DNA of 64,000 nt from Vicinamibacterales bacterium. Its GTDB lineage: Bacteria > Acidobacteriota > Vicinamibacteria > Vicinamibacterales > Fen-181. The position numbers were made by a program, and so were the translations under genes. The notes beneath the pieces were generated by a model, which saw only the letters and a program-made list of their open reading frames with translations, did not search any database and was not told where the DNA came from. Positions 38,542 to 46,916 of this stretch are shown in pieces. Where the stretch lies: NCBI GenBank assembly GCA_041947015.1, contig JBHGBL010000006.1, positions 118,675 to 182,674 of the forward strand. The letters are read 5' to 3'. Each line of letters starts with the position of its first letter. Positions within the stretch are counted from its first letter, which is position 1.

Positions 38542-39588
38542 TCACCGCGTTCTCGTCACCTTCTGAAGCGAGCGTGGGCGGTCGGGATCGAGCTCGCGGG
38601 CGCGCGCCAGTTCCATCGCGAGAAGCTGTCCCGGGACGATGGCGACCAGGGGCGAGAGCCACTCAGGCACTGCGGGCGGCAGGTGGATGGGCGCCGGGCT
38701 CCCGGCCAGGGCCGTGGCCCGGTCAGAGACGACGATAGGCCGGCTCCCGCGCGCCAACATCTCCGCGATCAGCGATTCGATCTCTTCCTGCACGGCGCCG
38801 CTCGCGCAGATGACGATCGCGGCAAAGCCTGTCTCGACGAGGGCTATGGGGCCGTGCTGGAAGTCGGCCGCCGAGTACGGCTCGGCGGCGACCTGGGCAA
38901 GCTCCTTGAGCTTCAGCGCAAGCTCGTGGGCCGTCGCGAAGTTGAAGCCGCGGCCCAGGACGACGGCGTGGTCTATCCCGGCCATCGCCTCGACGGCCCT
39001 GGCAACCTGGCCCGGAGCGGCAAGGAGCGTCTGCCTGACGAGTTCCGGAACCGAAGCGAGTTCCCCGCGGCGCCTGCCATCGCCGGCGAGGGCCGACGAG
39101 AGCATCGCGAGCGTCATGAGCTGCGCCGTGTAGGTCTTCGTCGCAGCGACGCTCCGCTCCGTTTCAGCCAGAAGGAGCAGCGTGTCGTCGGCGGCCGAGG
39201 CCAGCGGCGACCCGGGAGCGTTCGTGATGGCGAGCGTCGGGCAGCCCTGCCGCCGGGCCTCCTCCACCACGGCAATCAGATCGGGCGACTCGCCCGACTG
39301 CGAGATGCCGATGACGAGGCTGCCCTGCATCCTGGGCCTGGCGTGGTATCGGGTGAGCACGGACGGGGTCGCCAGAGTTACCGTCATCTCGTTGTGCACG
39401 CCGAAGAGGTACTGGGCGTAGCGGGCCGCGTTGTCCGACGATCCGCGCGCGGCGATGACGACGTGGTGCAGCCCCCTGCCGGAAAGGCGGTCGGCGATCC
39501 TGTCGACGGTGGCGGCGCCGGCGGAAAGCAGCCGCGCCAGTATTGCGGGTTGTTCGTGTATCTCGCTCTCCAACACCGAAACGGGCAT
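38542..39588 (-). CDS. SIS-domain protein (GlmS C-terminal-like sugar-phosphate isomerase/deaminase)
   Basis: EIHEQP, ARGSSDNA, ISQSGESPD, SVAATKTY, LKLKE, FQHGPIA, LQKVTRT. Confidence 0.9.
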   Translation of the reverse strand: MPVSVLESEIHEQPAILARLLSAGAATVDRIADRLSGRGLHHVVIAARGSSDNAARYAQYLFGVHNEMTVTLATPSVLTRYHARPRMQGSLVIGISQSGESPDLIAVVEEARRQGCPTLAITNAPGSPLASAADDTLLLLAETERSVAATKTYTAQLMTLAMLSSALAGDGRRRGELASVPELVRQTLLAAPGQVARAVEAMAGIDHAVVLGRGFNFATAHELALKLKELAQVAAEPYSAADFQHGPIALVETGFAAIVICASGAVQEEIESLIAEMLARGSRPIVVSDRATALAGSPAPIHLPPAVPEWLSPLVAIVPGQLLAMELARARELDPDRPRSLQKVTRTR

Positions 39589-39674
39589 GGCACCATTCTG
39601 CCGCAGAAGGGCCGCGGACGGGGAGAACGAAACCGCTGCGACAATCCGCGTGGTACACTCTCCTGCGTTCGCTC

Positions 39675-40154
39675 ATGCCGGAAACGCCCGACTACTGGAT
39701 GCGTCTCGCCCTGGCCGAAGCCGGGCGCGGCCTTGCCGCGGGCGAGGTTCCTGTCGGCGCGGTGGTGGTCTTCGACGGTCGCGTCGTCGGAGCTGCTTTC
39801 AACCAGCCGATTTCCGCCGCCGACCCGACGGCCCACGCCGAGATACTCGCCCTGCGGCAGGCAGCTGCCACGTTGGGAAACTACAGGCTGACGGGAGCGG
39901 AAATCTACGTCACGGTCGAGCCGTGCCTGATGTGCGCGGGGGCACTGGTGCATGCCCGCATCGCGAGGCTGTTCTTCGGGGCGCCGGAGCCGAGGGCGGG
40001 TGCTATCGTCTCGGCCGTGCGGGGGCTGGAGGTTCCCGGGCTCAATCACCGCGTCGAGGCAAAGGGTGGCATCCTGGAGGCGGAATGCCGCGCCGTCATC
40101 CAGGCGTTCTTCCGCGAGAGACGAGGCAACGGCAGGGTCGGCGAACAGCCGTGA
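39675..40154 (+). CDS. tadA: tRNA adenosine(34) deaminase
   Basis: GEVPVGAVVV, DPTAHAEI.ALR, NYRL, VTVEPCLMCAGA, LNHR; TGGTACACT -10 at 39651-39659. Confidence 0.95.
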   Translation: MPETPDYWMRLALAEAGRGLAAGEVPVGAVVVFDGRVVGAAFNQPISAADPTAHAEILALRQAAATLGNYRLTGAEIYVTVEPCLMCAGALVHARIARLFFGAPEPRAGAIVSAVRGLEVPGLNHRVEAKGGILEAECRAVIQAFFRERRGNGRVGEQP

Positions 40155-40289
40155 GGCTGCTTCTCGAAGGCAGCTGGCCGCTCCCCTGGGCGCGCTTCTC
40201 GAGGGCAAACGACCTCCCTGGGGTGCCGGGTTTCGAGCACGATGTCGGTCGTGACGCAGGTCGCGTTGGCCAGATTGGCGCGAGGCGCG

Positions 40290-40335
40290 GTTACCCGGTC
40301 GGGCCGCGAGGCCGCCTGCGGCGCCGGCCGGTAAC
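40290..40335. repeat. Long interrupted hairpin in a 320-bp intergenic region
   Basis: GTTACC..GGTCGG.GCCGC-...-GCGGC.CCGGCC.GGTAAC nested arms. Confidence 0.55.
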
Positions 40336-40400
40336 TTGTGGCTCGGCGGAAGGGAGGGCCAATGTCTCCTCGGGCCTCTGGCAGCAATCGCCGAGCCTGT

Positions 40401-40420
40401 TACACTTACGTACACTTACG
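40401..40420. repeat. Perfect 10-bp tandem repeat TACACTTACG x2
   Basis: Read directly; AT-rich; each unit contains a -10-like TACACT. Confidence 0.8.
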
Positions 40421-40476
40421 GAAGGTTGGCAGTGAGGCGCGAGGATCGGCCGCGCGCCTGTTCGACGGAGACATCG

Positions 40477-40980
40477 ATGACCTGCTTCACCAATTCAAGC
40501 GTCAGTCGGTTCCGGTTGGTCCGGCTCCTGCCCCTGTTGGCGCTCGCCGCCCTCGCTCTCGCCGGCACGGCAAGGCCTGCCGCTGCGCAGGTGGATCTCG
40601 GCATGAGGGCAGGCGTCAGCATCGACCCCGACCAGGCCTACTTCGGCGTGCACGGCGAAACGAGCCCGCTGGTCGAACGTCTGCGCTTCCGACCGAACGC
40701 GGAGGTCGGGTTCGGCGACGACCTGACGCTGCTGGCTCTCAACTTCGAGTTCGTGTGGAAGTTCCCCGCCAGCCGATCCGGCTGGGTGGCCTACGCCGGC
40801 GCGGGCCCTGCGATAAACGTGTTCTTCTTCGAGAGCCGCGGCAGTAACGACGCGGAAATGGAACCGGGCATCAACTTCGTCGGCGGTCTGGAGGCGCGAA
40901 GCGGGCTCTTCTTCGAGTTCAAGGTCGGCGCGCTGGACAGCCCGGATCTCAAGATAGGAATCGGATACACGTGGCGGTGA
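40477..40980 (+). CDS. Small outer-membrane beta-barrel protein
   Basis: Signal peptide ending AAAQ; alternating beta-strands; C-terminal GIGYTWR; GGAG RBS. Confidence 0.8.
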   Translation: MTCFTNSSVSRFRLVRLLPLLALAALALAGTARPAAAQVDLGMRAGVSIDPDQAYFGVHGETSPLVERLRFRPNAEVGFGDDLTLLALNFEFVWKFPASRSGWVAYAGAGPAINVFFFESRGSNDAEMEPGINFVGGLEARSGLFFEFKVGALDSPDLKIGIGYTWR

Positions 40981-40991
40981 TTGCACGCTCC

Positions 40992-41118
40992 GGTCAGCAA
41001 TCAGCGATCAGCTTTCAGCCATCAGCCGTCAGCTTTCACCGATCAAGCGCCGGAACCTGCGGGCACTCCGGCGATCGCTGACCGCTGATCGCTGATCGCT
41101 GATCGCTGACCGCTGACT
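40992..41118. repeat. Heptamer-built palindrome: (NNTCAGC)x6 - inner hairpin - (GCTGANN)x6
   Basis: Units at 40992-41033 plus two degenerate ones; inner IR CGCCGGA/TCCGGCG; reverse units 41077-41118. Confidence 0.9.
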
Positions 41119-41205
41119 GTCCTCGTTGCCCGTCCTCATCTGTGGTAGTCTTCCCAGACCTGAACACGCCCCCGTCGGCATTGCTTGTCACGGAGGATTG
41201 CCACG

Positions 41206-43992
41206 ATGCGTGTGACCACCCTGCGAGGCGCCGCCCGGCGTTTCACGCCCCTTGCGCCCGCACTGCTGTTCGTCCTGCTGCAGCTGCCGCTGCTGGCGCA
41301 GGCCCCGGGCGCGACCCAGAGCAAGGAAGCAGCCGCCAAGGCCCCAGAGACCTGGGCCGACAAGGTCCTGAAGCAGGAAGGCTACGTCGAGCCGCCAAAG
41401 GAACTGGTGGACGCCGTCCTCGCCCCGCGCCACCTCAACATCTCTTTGACGAACCCGAGCCCCGACAAGAAGTGGTTCCTCGACGAAATAGGCGATGGCC
41501 CGGTGGTCATGGCCGTCTTCTCCAAACCGTTCCACGAGCTGGGCGGGCTGTTCGTCGACTACAAGGCGAACCGCGTCCGGACGCTGACCATCCGCAACGG
41601 CACGGGGATCCAGATAATCTCCGCTGCGGACGGTTCGAAAAGGCAGATCCCACTCCCGCCAGGGACGCGGGTCTCGAACGCCACCTGGTCGCCGGACGGC
41701 TCGAGCATCGCCTACATGGTGCACGGTGAGGACGCGACCCACATCTGGCTGGCCGATGTTGCGACGCTGAAGTCGCGGCAGATCACGCGCACACCGCTTC
41801 TGGCAACGCTGGTCACGAGCTTCGAGTTCACGAAGGACGGCAAGCAGATCGCGGCGGTCCTCGTTCCCGATGGCCGCGCACCGATGCCGGTGGCACCGGC
41901 GGCGCCCACCGGTCCCCAGGTGAAGATCTCGGACGAAAGCGACCGGAACCGGCTGCGGACATTCCCCAGCCTGATGGGCACACCCTACGAGTTCGATCTG
42001 CTGAAGTGGCACACGACCGGTCAGCTGGCGCTCATCGACGTGCAGGCCCAACCGCCCGCGCGCGGTCGGGCGGCCAGGGCGGTGGTGCCCGGCGTGAAGA
42101 AGATCGGACAGCCGGCCATGATCCGCGCGTTCGACCTCTCGCCAGACGGCAAGCACCTTCGCGTCACCCGTATGGTCGAGCCGTTCTCCTACATAGTCCC
42201 GGTCAGCAACTTCGGGTCTATCGAGGAGATCTGGGATCTCGAAGGCAAGGCGCTCGCGAAGATCTCCGATCGCCCGCTGAACCTCGGCGTGCAGGACCCG
42301 AACGCGCCGCCGCCGGACCCGGCCGCCGGAGGTCGCGGCGCTGGCGACACCCAACAGGGCAAGCGCGAGGTTTCCTGGCGCGCCGACGGCCTGGGGCTCA
42401 CCTACCTCGAGCAGGAACCGCCTCCGCCCGGAGCGTCCGATGATGCGGCTGCAGGGCGTGCCGGGCGCGGGACCGCCGGCGCAGCCCGAGGCGGGGCCGC
42501 GCGCGGTGCTGCGGGCGCGGAAGGCCAGGAGCGCTCACAAGCTCCCCGCCGGCTGGACCGCCTGTACCACTGGATGCCGCCGTTCGGCGAGAAGGACGTG
42601 AAGGTACTCTACGAGAGCAACACGCGCATGTCGAACCATCGGTTCTCGCCCGACATGCAGGTGCTCTTCGCGACGGAGCGCGCGGGGCAGGACACGCACG
42701 AGTTCGCTGTGGTTCTGAGCGACCCGAAGACCCGTTACACGCTCGCGCGCTACCGCACCGACGACGTCTACTCCAACCCGGGCTCGCTGCTGATGGTGCG
42801 CGGCGACGGCGGACGCGGAGCGGCGGCGGGTGGAGGGCGCGGTGGCAGCGGCGGTGGCGGCGGCATCGTTCAGCTCTCGAGCGACGCGCAGGCCGTCTTC
42901 TACCAGGGCACCCTCTACGACAAGAACCCGCGCGAGGTCGGCCCGAAGACGTTCATCGACAGAGTGGTCATCAAGACGGGCGAGAAGAAGCGAATCTTCG
43001 AGAGCGACAACAAGGACGTTTACGAGCGCGTCACGACCGTCCTGGACGACGACGTGACGCGCTACATCGTGACGCGAGAAGGGCCGACGGAGGTGCCCCA
43101 GGACTACCTGGTGGCCAACGGGACCCGCGTCAAGCTGACCGACAACAAGGACTACACGCCGGATATCACCTCCGCTCCCAAGGAGCGCTTCGTCGTCGAG
43201 CGCGCGGACGGCTTCAGGTTCCGGGTGACGGTCACCCTGCCGCCGGGCTACAAGGCCGGCACGAAGCTCCCGGCGATCTTCTGGTTCTACCCGCGCGAGT
43301 ACCAGAGCCAGGAGGAGTACGACAGGCCGGATCGCACGTTCAACAAGAACACCTTCCCGAACTTCGGCACGCGGTCGATGCAGTACTTCGTCCGCCTCGG
43401 CTACGCGGTGGTCGAGCCCGACTCGCCGATCATCGGGCCGCAGGGGCAGATGAACAACAACTACGTGCACGACCTGCGGAACAACCTCGCAGCGGTCATC
43501 GACGAACTCGATCGCCGCGGCCTCGCAGACCGCACCCGCCTGGCAATCGGCGGCCACAGCTACGGCGCCTTCTCGACGGTCAACGCCATGGTGCACACGC
43601 CGTTCTTCAAGGCCGGCATCGCCGGCGACGGCGCCTACAACCGGACGTTGACCCCGATCGGGTTCCAGAGCGAGAGGCGCGACCTGTGGGAGGCCCCGAA
43701 CGTGTACCTCGGCATGTCGCCGTTCCTCTACGCGAACAACCTGACCGGCGCCCTGCTGATGTACCACGGCCTGCACGATCAGAACGTGGGCACCGACCCG
43801 CAGAACTCGATAAGGTTGTTCCACGCGCTCAACGGCCTGGGCAAGACGGCGGCGATGTACCTCTACCCGCTCGAGGATCACGGGCCGGCGGCGAAGGAAA
43901 CGCTGTTGGACCTGTGGGCGCGGTGGGCCGCCTGGCTGGACAAGTACGTGAAGAACCCGCAGAAGCCGGAGGCGAAGAAGACCACTGACTAA
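41206..43992 (+). CDS. Secreted S9-family (prolyl oligopeptidase-like) peptidase
   Basis: GGAGG RBS; signal peptide; propeller plus GGHSYGAF (Ser), HG.HD.N (Asp), PLEDH (His). Confidence 0.92.
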   Translation: MRVTTLRGAARRFTPLAPALLFVLLQLPLLAQAPGATQSKEAAAKAPETWADKVLKQEGYVEPPKELVDAVLAPRHLNISLTNPSPDKKWFLDEIGDGPVVMAVFSKPFHELGGLFVDYKANRVRTLTIRNGTGIQIISAADGSKRQIPLPPGTRVSNATWSPDGSSIAYMVHGEDATHIWLADVATLKSRQITRTPLLATLVTSFEFTKDGKQIAAVLVPDGRAPMPVAPAAPTGPQVKISDESDRNRLRTFPSLMGTPYEFDLLKWHTTGQLALIDVQAQPPARGRAARAVVPGVKKIGQPAMIRAFDLSPDGKHLRVTRMVEPFSYIVPVSNFGSIEEIWDLEGKALAKISDRPLNLGVQDPNAPPPDPAAGGRGAGDTQQGKREVSWRADGLGLTYLEQEPPPPGASDDAAAGRAGRGTAGAARGGAARGAAGAEGQERSQAPRRLDRLYHWMPPFGEKDVKVLYESNTRMSNHRFSPDMQVLFATERAGQDTHEFAVVLSDPKTRYTLARYRTDDVYSNPGSLLMVRGDGGRGAAAGGGRGGSGGGGGIVQLSSDAQAVFYQGTLYDKNPREVGPKTFIDRVVIKTGEKKRIFESDNKDVYERVTTVLDDDVTRYIVTREGPTEVPQDYLVANGTRVKLTDNKDYTPDITSAPKERFVVERADGFRFRVTVTLPPGYKAGTKLPAIFWFYPREYQSQEEYDRPDRTFNKNTFPNFGTRSMQYFVRLGYAVVEPDSPIIGPQGQMNNNYVHDLRNNLAAVIDELDRRGLADRTRLAIGGHSYGAFSTVNAMVHTPFFKAGIAGDGAYNRTLTPIGFQSERRDLWEAPNVYLGMSPFLYANNLTGALLMYHGLHDQNVGTDPQNSIRLFHALNGLGKTAAMYLYPLEDHGPAAKETLLDLWARWAAWLDKYVKNPQKPEAKKTTD

Positions 43993-44071
43993 GTCAGCGG
44001 CTGCAGCTTACTGGAACTGGCGCAGTACGGGCGCGATGCGGAACGGACACGCCATCGCGATCCTCTGAGGA

Positions 44072-44101
44072 GGCAGGGGCACCTGAATTCGTGCCCCTGC
44101 C
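44072..44101. terminator. Hairpin between convergent genes
   Basis: GGCAGGGGCAC-CTGAATTC-GTGCCCCTGCC, 11-bp perfect stem. Confidence 0.6.
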
Positions 44102-44179
44102 CCACCGCTCCTCGAACTCAGGTCCCTGCATTCGACCTTCGAACTCTCCGCCAATCTGCGATTCGCGACGTGCGTTTCT

Positions 44180-46675
44180 TCACTCCCACCTGAGTGCACG
44201 CATCGGCTCGATTCGAGAGGCGCGCCAGGCGGGCACAAGGCCGGCGCCAAGTGCAACGAGCGACAGCGTGATGGCCGACAGCGCCAGCACACCCGGGTCG
44301 TGGCTGTCGAGGCCAAAAAGGAGGGAGCGCGCCGCACGGCCCAGCGCGATGGCTGCCAGGAGCCCGACCGTGCCGCCGATTGCCGTCATGAACGCCACCT
44401 GCCTCAGCACCATCGCACGCACGCTGCCCGCATCCGCTCCGAGCGCCATCCGCAGGCCGATCTCGCGAGTCCTCTGGCCGAAGGTGTAAGCCAGGACGCC
44501 GTAGAGACCGATTGCGGCAAGGAGTGTGGCGAGGCCCGCGAAGCCGGCCGAGAAGACGCTGACCAGCCGATCCGTGAACACGTTCTCTCGGATCTGCGAC
44601 TCCATCGTCCTCAGGTTCTCGACGGGCAGGTTTGCATCCAGACGCCTGACCACCGCTGGAATCGCCCCGAGGACCTGGTCGCCCGAACCCGCGCCTCTTA
44701 CGTAGAAGGTGGCGAAGCCCATCTGGTCGTTCTGCAGCAGAGGCAAGTAGAAGGTCGGCGGCGGAGCCTCCTTCAGCTGAGCGTACCTGACGTCCTTCAC
44801 AACGCCCACGATCTCGATCTCGAGCCCACCTTGGCGGCTGGTTCCCATGTGCCGGCCGACAGCGTTCCGCCCGAGGTTGAACTTCGAGGCGAACGCCTCG
44901 TTGACTACAGCCACCTTCGGCCTGCCCGGCACATCGTCGCGCGTGAACTCGCGGCCTGAAAGCAGCGGGATGCCGAGCGTCTCGAAGTACCCGGCCGATA
45001 CCTCCATGAAGAGCGACGAGCGATCGGTGTCCGGCCCGGCCTCGAAGCCCTCGACGCTCACGCTTGTCCCCGACGTGTCGCCGGCGAAAAGGGTAACGGT
45101 GGAAGCGGCGACCGATTCCACCCCTGGCAACCTGCCGAGCTCCTGCTCGAGCCGTTCGAACAGCGAGCGCGACTGGGTCGGGGTGTAGCTGCTGAGAAGA
45201 GGCGTGACCGTGAAGATGACGAGGCCGGAGGTGTCGATGCCCGGCACGATCCGGCTGACGTTGACCAGGCTGCGGGTGAAGAGCCCGGCCGAGACGAGGA
45301 GCGTCATGGCAAGGGCTATCTGCAGTGTGACCAGACCTGTGCGGAAGCGCGCGGCCGAACGCGCGCCCGAGGGCTGCCCGGCCGAGCCCTTGACGATCGT
45401 CACGAGGTCCGCCCGGGTACTGTGCAGAGCCGGAGCCAGTCCGAAGAGGGTGCCCGTGAAGACCGTGACGGCGGCTGCAAAGAGGAGGACCTTCTGATCC
45501 AGTGCAGCGACAAGCGAGCCCGAGAGCCATGCGGGAACCAGCGACGTGTCGAGCTGCAGCGTCCAGCGGGCCACGAGCAGGCCTGCGGCGCCTCCCAGAA
45601 CGGCCAGCAGCGTCGACTCTGCGAGCAGCTGGCGGACCAGGTGCCAGCGGCTCGCTCCTATCGAAAGGCGAACGGCCATCTCGGTCGACCTCCCCATTCC
45701 CCTCGCGAGCAGCAATCCCGCGACGTTGGTGCAGGCGATGAGCAGGACGATGCCCGTCGCGGCGAACAGCAGCAGGAGCGGAGTTCTCGCCTCGGCCTGC
45801 ACGGAGCTCTGGCCGCGAGAGCCGTCAGACAGGCGGATTTCCTTCTCCCTGAAGACGGCGAGCGTCTGCTCGCTCATTCCGCGCTGGAGGGGCACCTCGA
45901 CATCGTTGACAATCGGCTTGTACACCGCGTTGATGGACGCGGCCGCCTGTTCCATCGATACTCCCGGCTTCAGGCGCGCGAACACGTACGTCCAGTAGTT
46001 GCGGCGGTCTTCGAATCCCTTCCATCCCGGCAGCATCAGCCCGTACATCGTGATGGGAACGTAGACTTGTGGTGCCGCCCCCACGGTCGTGCCTCGGAAC
46101 CCCTCCTGTGCAACGCCGACAATGGTCATCGGCTGCCCGTTGACCGTGAGAACCTGCCCGACGATCCCTTCGTCGCCGTTCAACCTCGAACGCCAGAAAT
46201 CGTGCGAAACGACGGCGACGAAGCCGCCCCCGGTGGCCGCGGCGTCGCTTGCGCCGATCACCCGGCCCAAGGCGGGCTTCACGCCAAGAACCGGGAAGTA
46301 GCCGCCCGAGACGGCGAGCCCCTGGCCGGTCGCACTCTCGCCCCTGAACGACACGTTCGCCTGGAAGAGCCTGTGCGCCGCCATGCCCTCGAAGCAGGAC
46401 TGAAGCCGCTCGAGGTCGCGGAACATCGGGTAGCTGAAGATCGAGTCGAGTCCTCCCGAAGTCGTCGCGGACCGCGAGCCGAGTTTCGGGCCGGGCGCAT
46501 CGAGGTTCACGAGTTCGCCCGGACGGACGACCGGGAGCGGTCGGAGCACGAGCTGGTCGAACAGCGAGAACATCGCCGCGTTGGCACCGATGCCGAGCGC
46601 CAGGGACACAACGGCGGCGAGCGTGACGAACGGGCTCCTGGCGAGGCGGCGTGCGGCCAGTCTGAGGTTATCCAT
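44180..46675 (-). CDS. ADOP-family duplicated ABC transporter permease (MacB/FtsX-like)
   Basis: Start ATG 46675; SLALGIGANAAMFS, IACTNVAGLLLARG..R..EMAVRLSIGASR, AAIGLYGVLAY...QRTREIGLRMALGA, P..ALRWE. Confidence 0.92.
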   Translation of the reverse strand: MDNLRLAARRLARSPFVTLAAVVSLALGIGANAAMFSLFDQLVLRPLPVVRPGELVNLDAPGPKLGSRSATTSGGLDSIFSYPMFRDLERLQSCFEGMAAHRLFQANVSFRGESATGQGLAVSGGYFPVLGVKPALGRVIGASDAAATGGGFVAVVSHDFWRSRLNGDEGIVGQVLTVNGQPMTIVGVAQEGFRGTTVGAAPQVYVPITMYGLMLPGWKGFEDRRNYWTYVFARLKPGVSMEQAAASINAVYKPIVNDVEVPLQRGMSEQTLAVFREKEIRLSDGSRGQSSVQAEARTPLLLLFAATGIVLLIACTNVAGLLLARGMGRSTEMAVRLSIGASRWHLVRQLLAESTLLAVLGGAAGLLVARWTLQLDTSLVPAWLSGSLVAALDQKVLLFAAAVTVFTGTLFGLAPALHSTRADLVTIVKGSAGQPSGARSAARFRTGLVTLQIALAMTLLVSAGLFTRSLVNVSRIVPGIDTSGLVIFTVTPLLSSYTPTQSRSLFERLEQELGRLPGVESVAASTVTLFAGDTSGTSVSVEGFEAGPDTDRSSLFMEVSAGYFETLGIPLLSGREFTRDDVPGRPKVAVVNEAFASKFNLGRNAVGRHMGTSRQGGLEIEIVGVVKDVRYAQLKEAPPPTFYLPLLQNDQMGFATFYVRGAGSGDQVLGAIPAVVRRLDANLPVENLRTMESQIRENVFTDRLVSVFSAGFAGLATLLAAIGLYGVLAYTFGQRTREIGLRMALGADAGSVRAMVLRQVAFMTAIGGTVGLLAAIALGRAARSLLFGLDSHDPGVLALSAITLSLVALGAGLVPAWRASRIEPMRALRWE

Positions 46676-46916
46676 TGGAATCTCCACGGGGCATGCACCA
46701 GGCACACGCAGCTCTGGGAGGCATGGCTGCCACTGCGCTGCCCTTCCGTCAGACGAACCTGCCGGAGGTTTCGTTCGACGAAAAAAGGCGGCGGAGGGGC
46801 TGCCGCTGCGGACCGCGACCTGCCCTCGAGGCATCGACGTGCCGCGTTGCGGCCGGCCCGGGTGCATGGTACGCTACTCCGCCCTCTGCCTCTTCAATGA
46901 CCGGAGGATAATAGCC

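Noticed and set aside
40155-40200. GAAGCAGCC on the minus strand after tadA, suggesting SRP RNA
   Set aside because: No CAGG/GNRA helix-8 context; it is just a short hairpin
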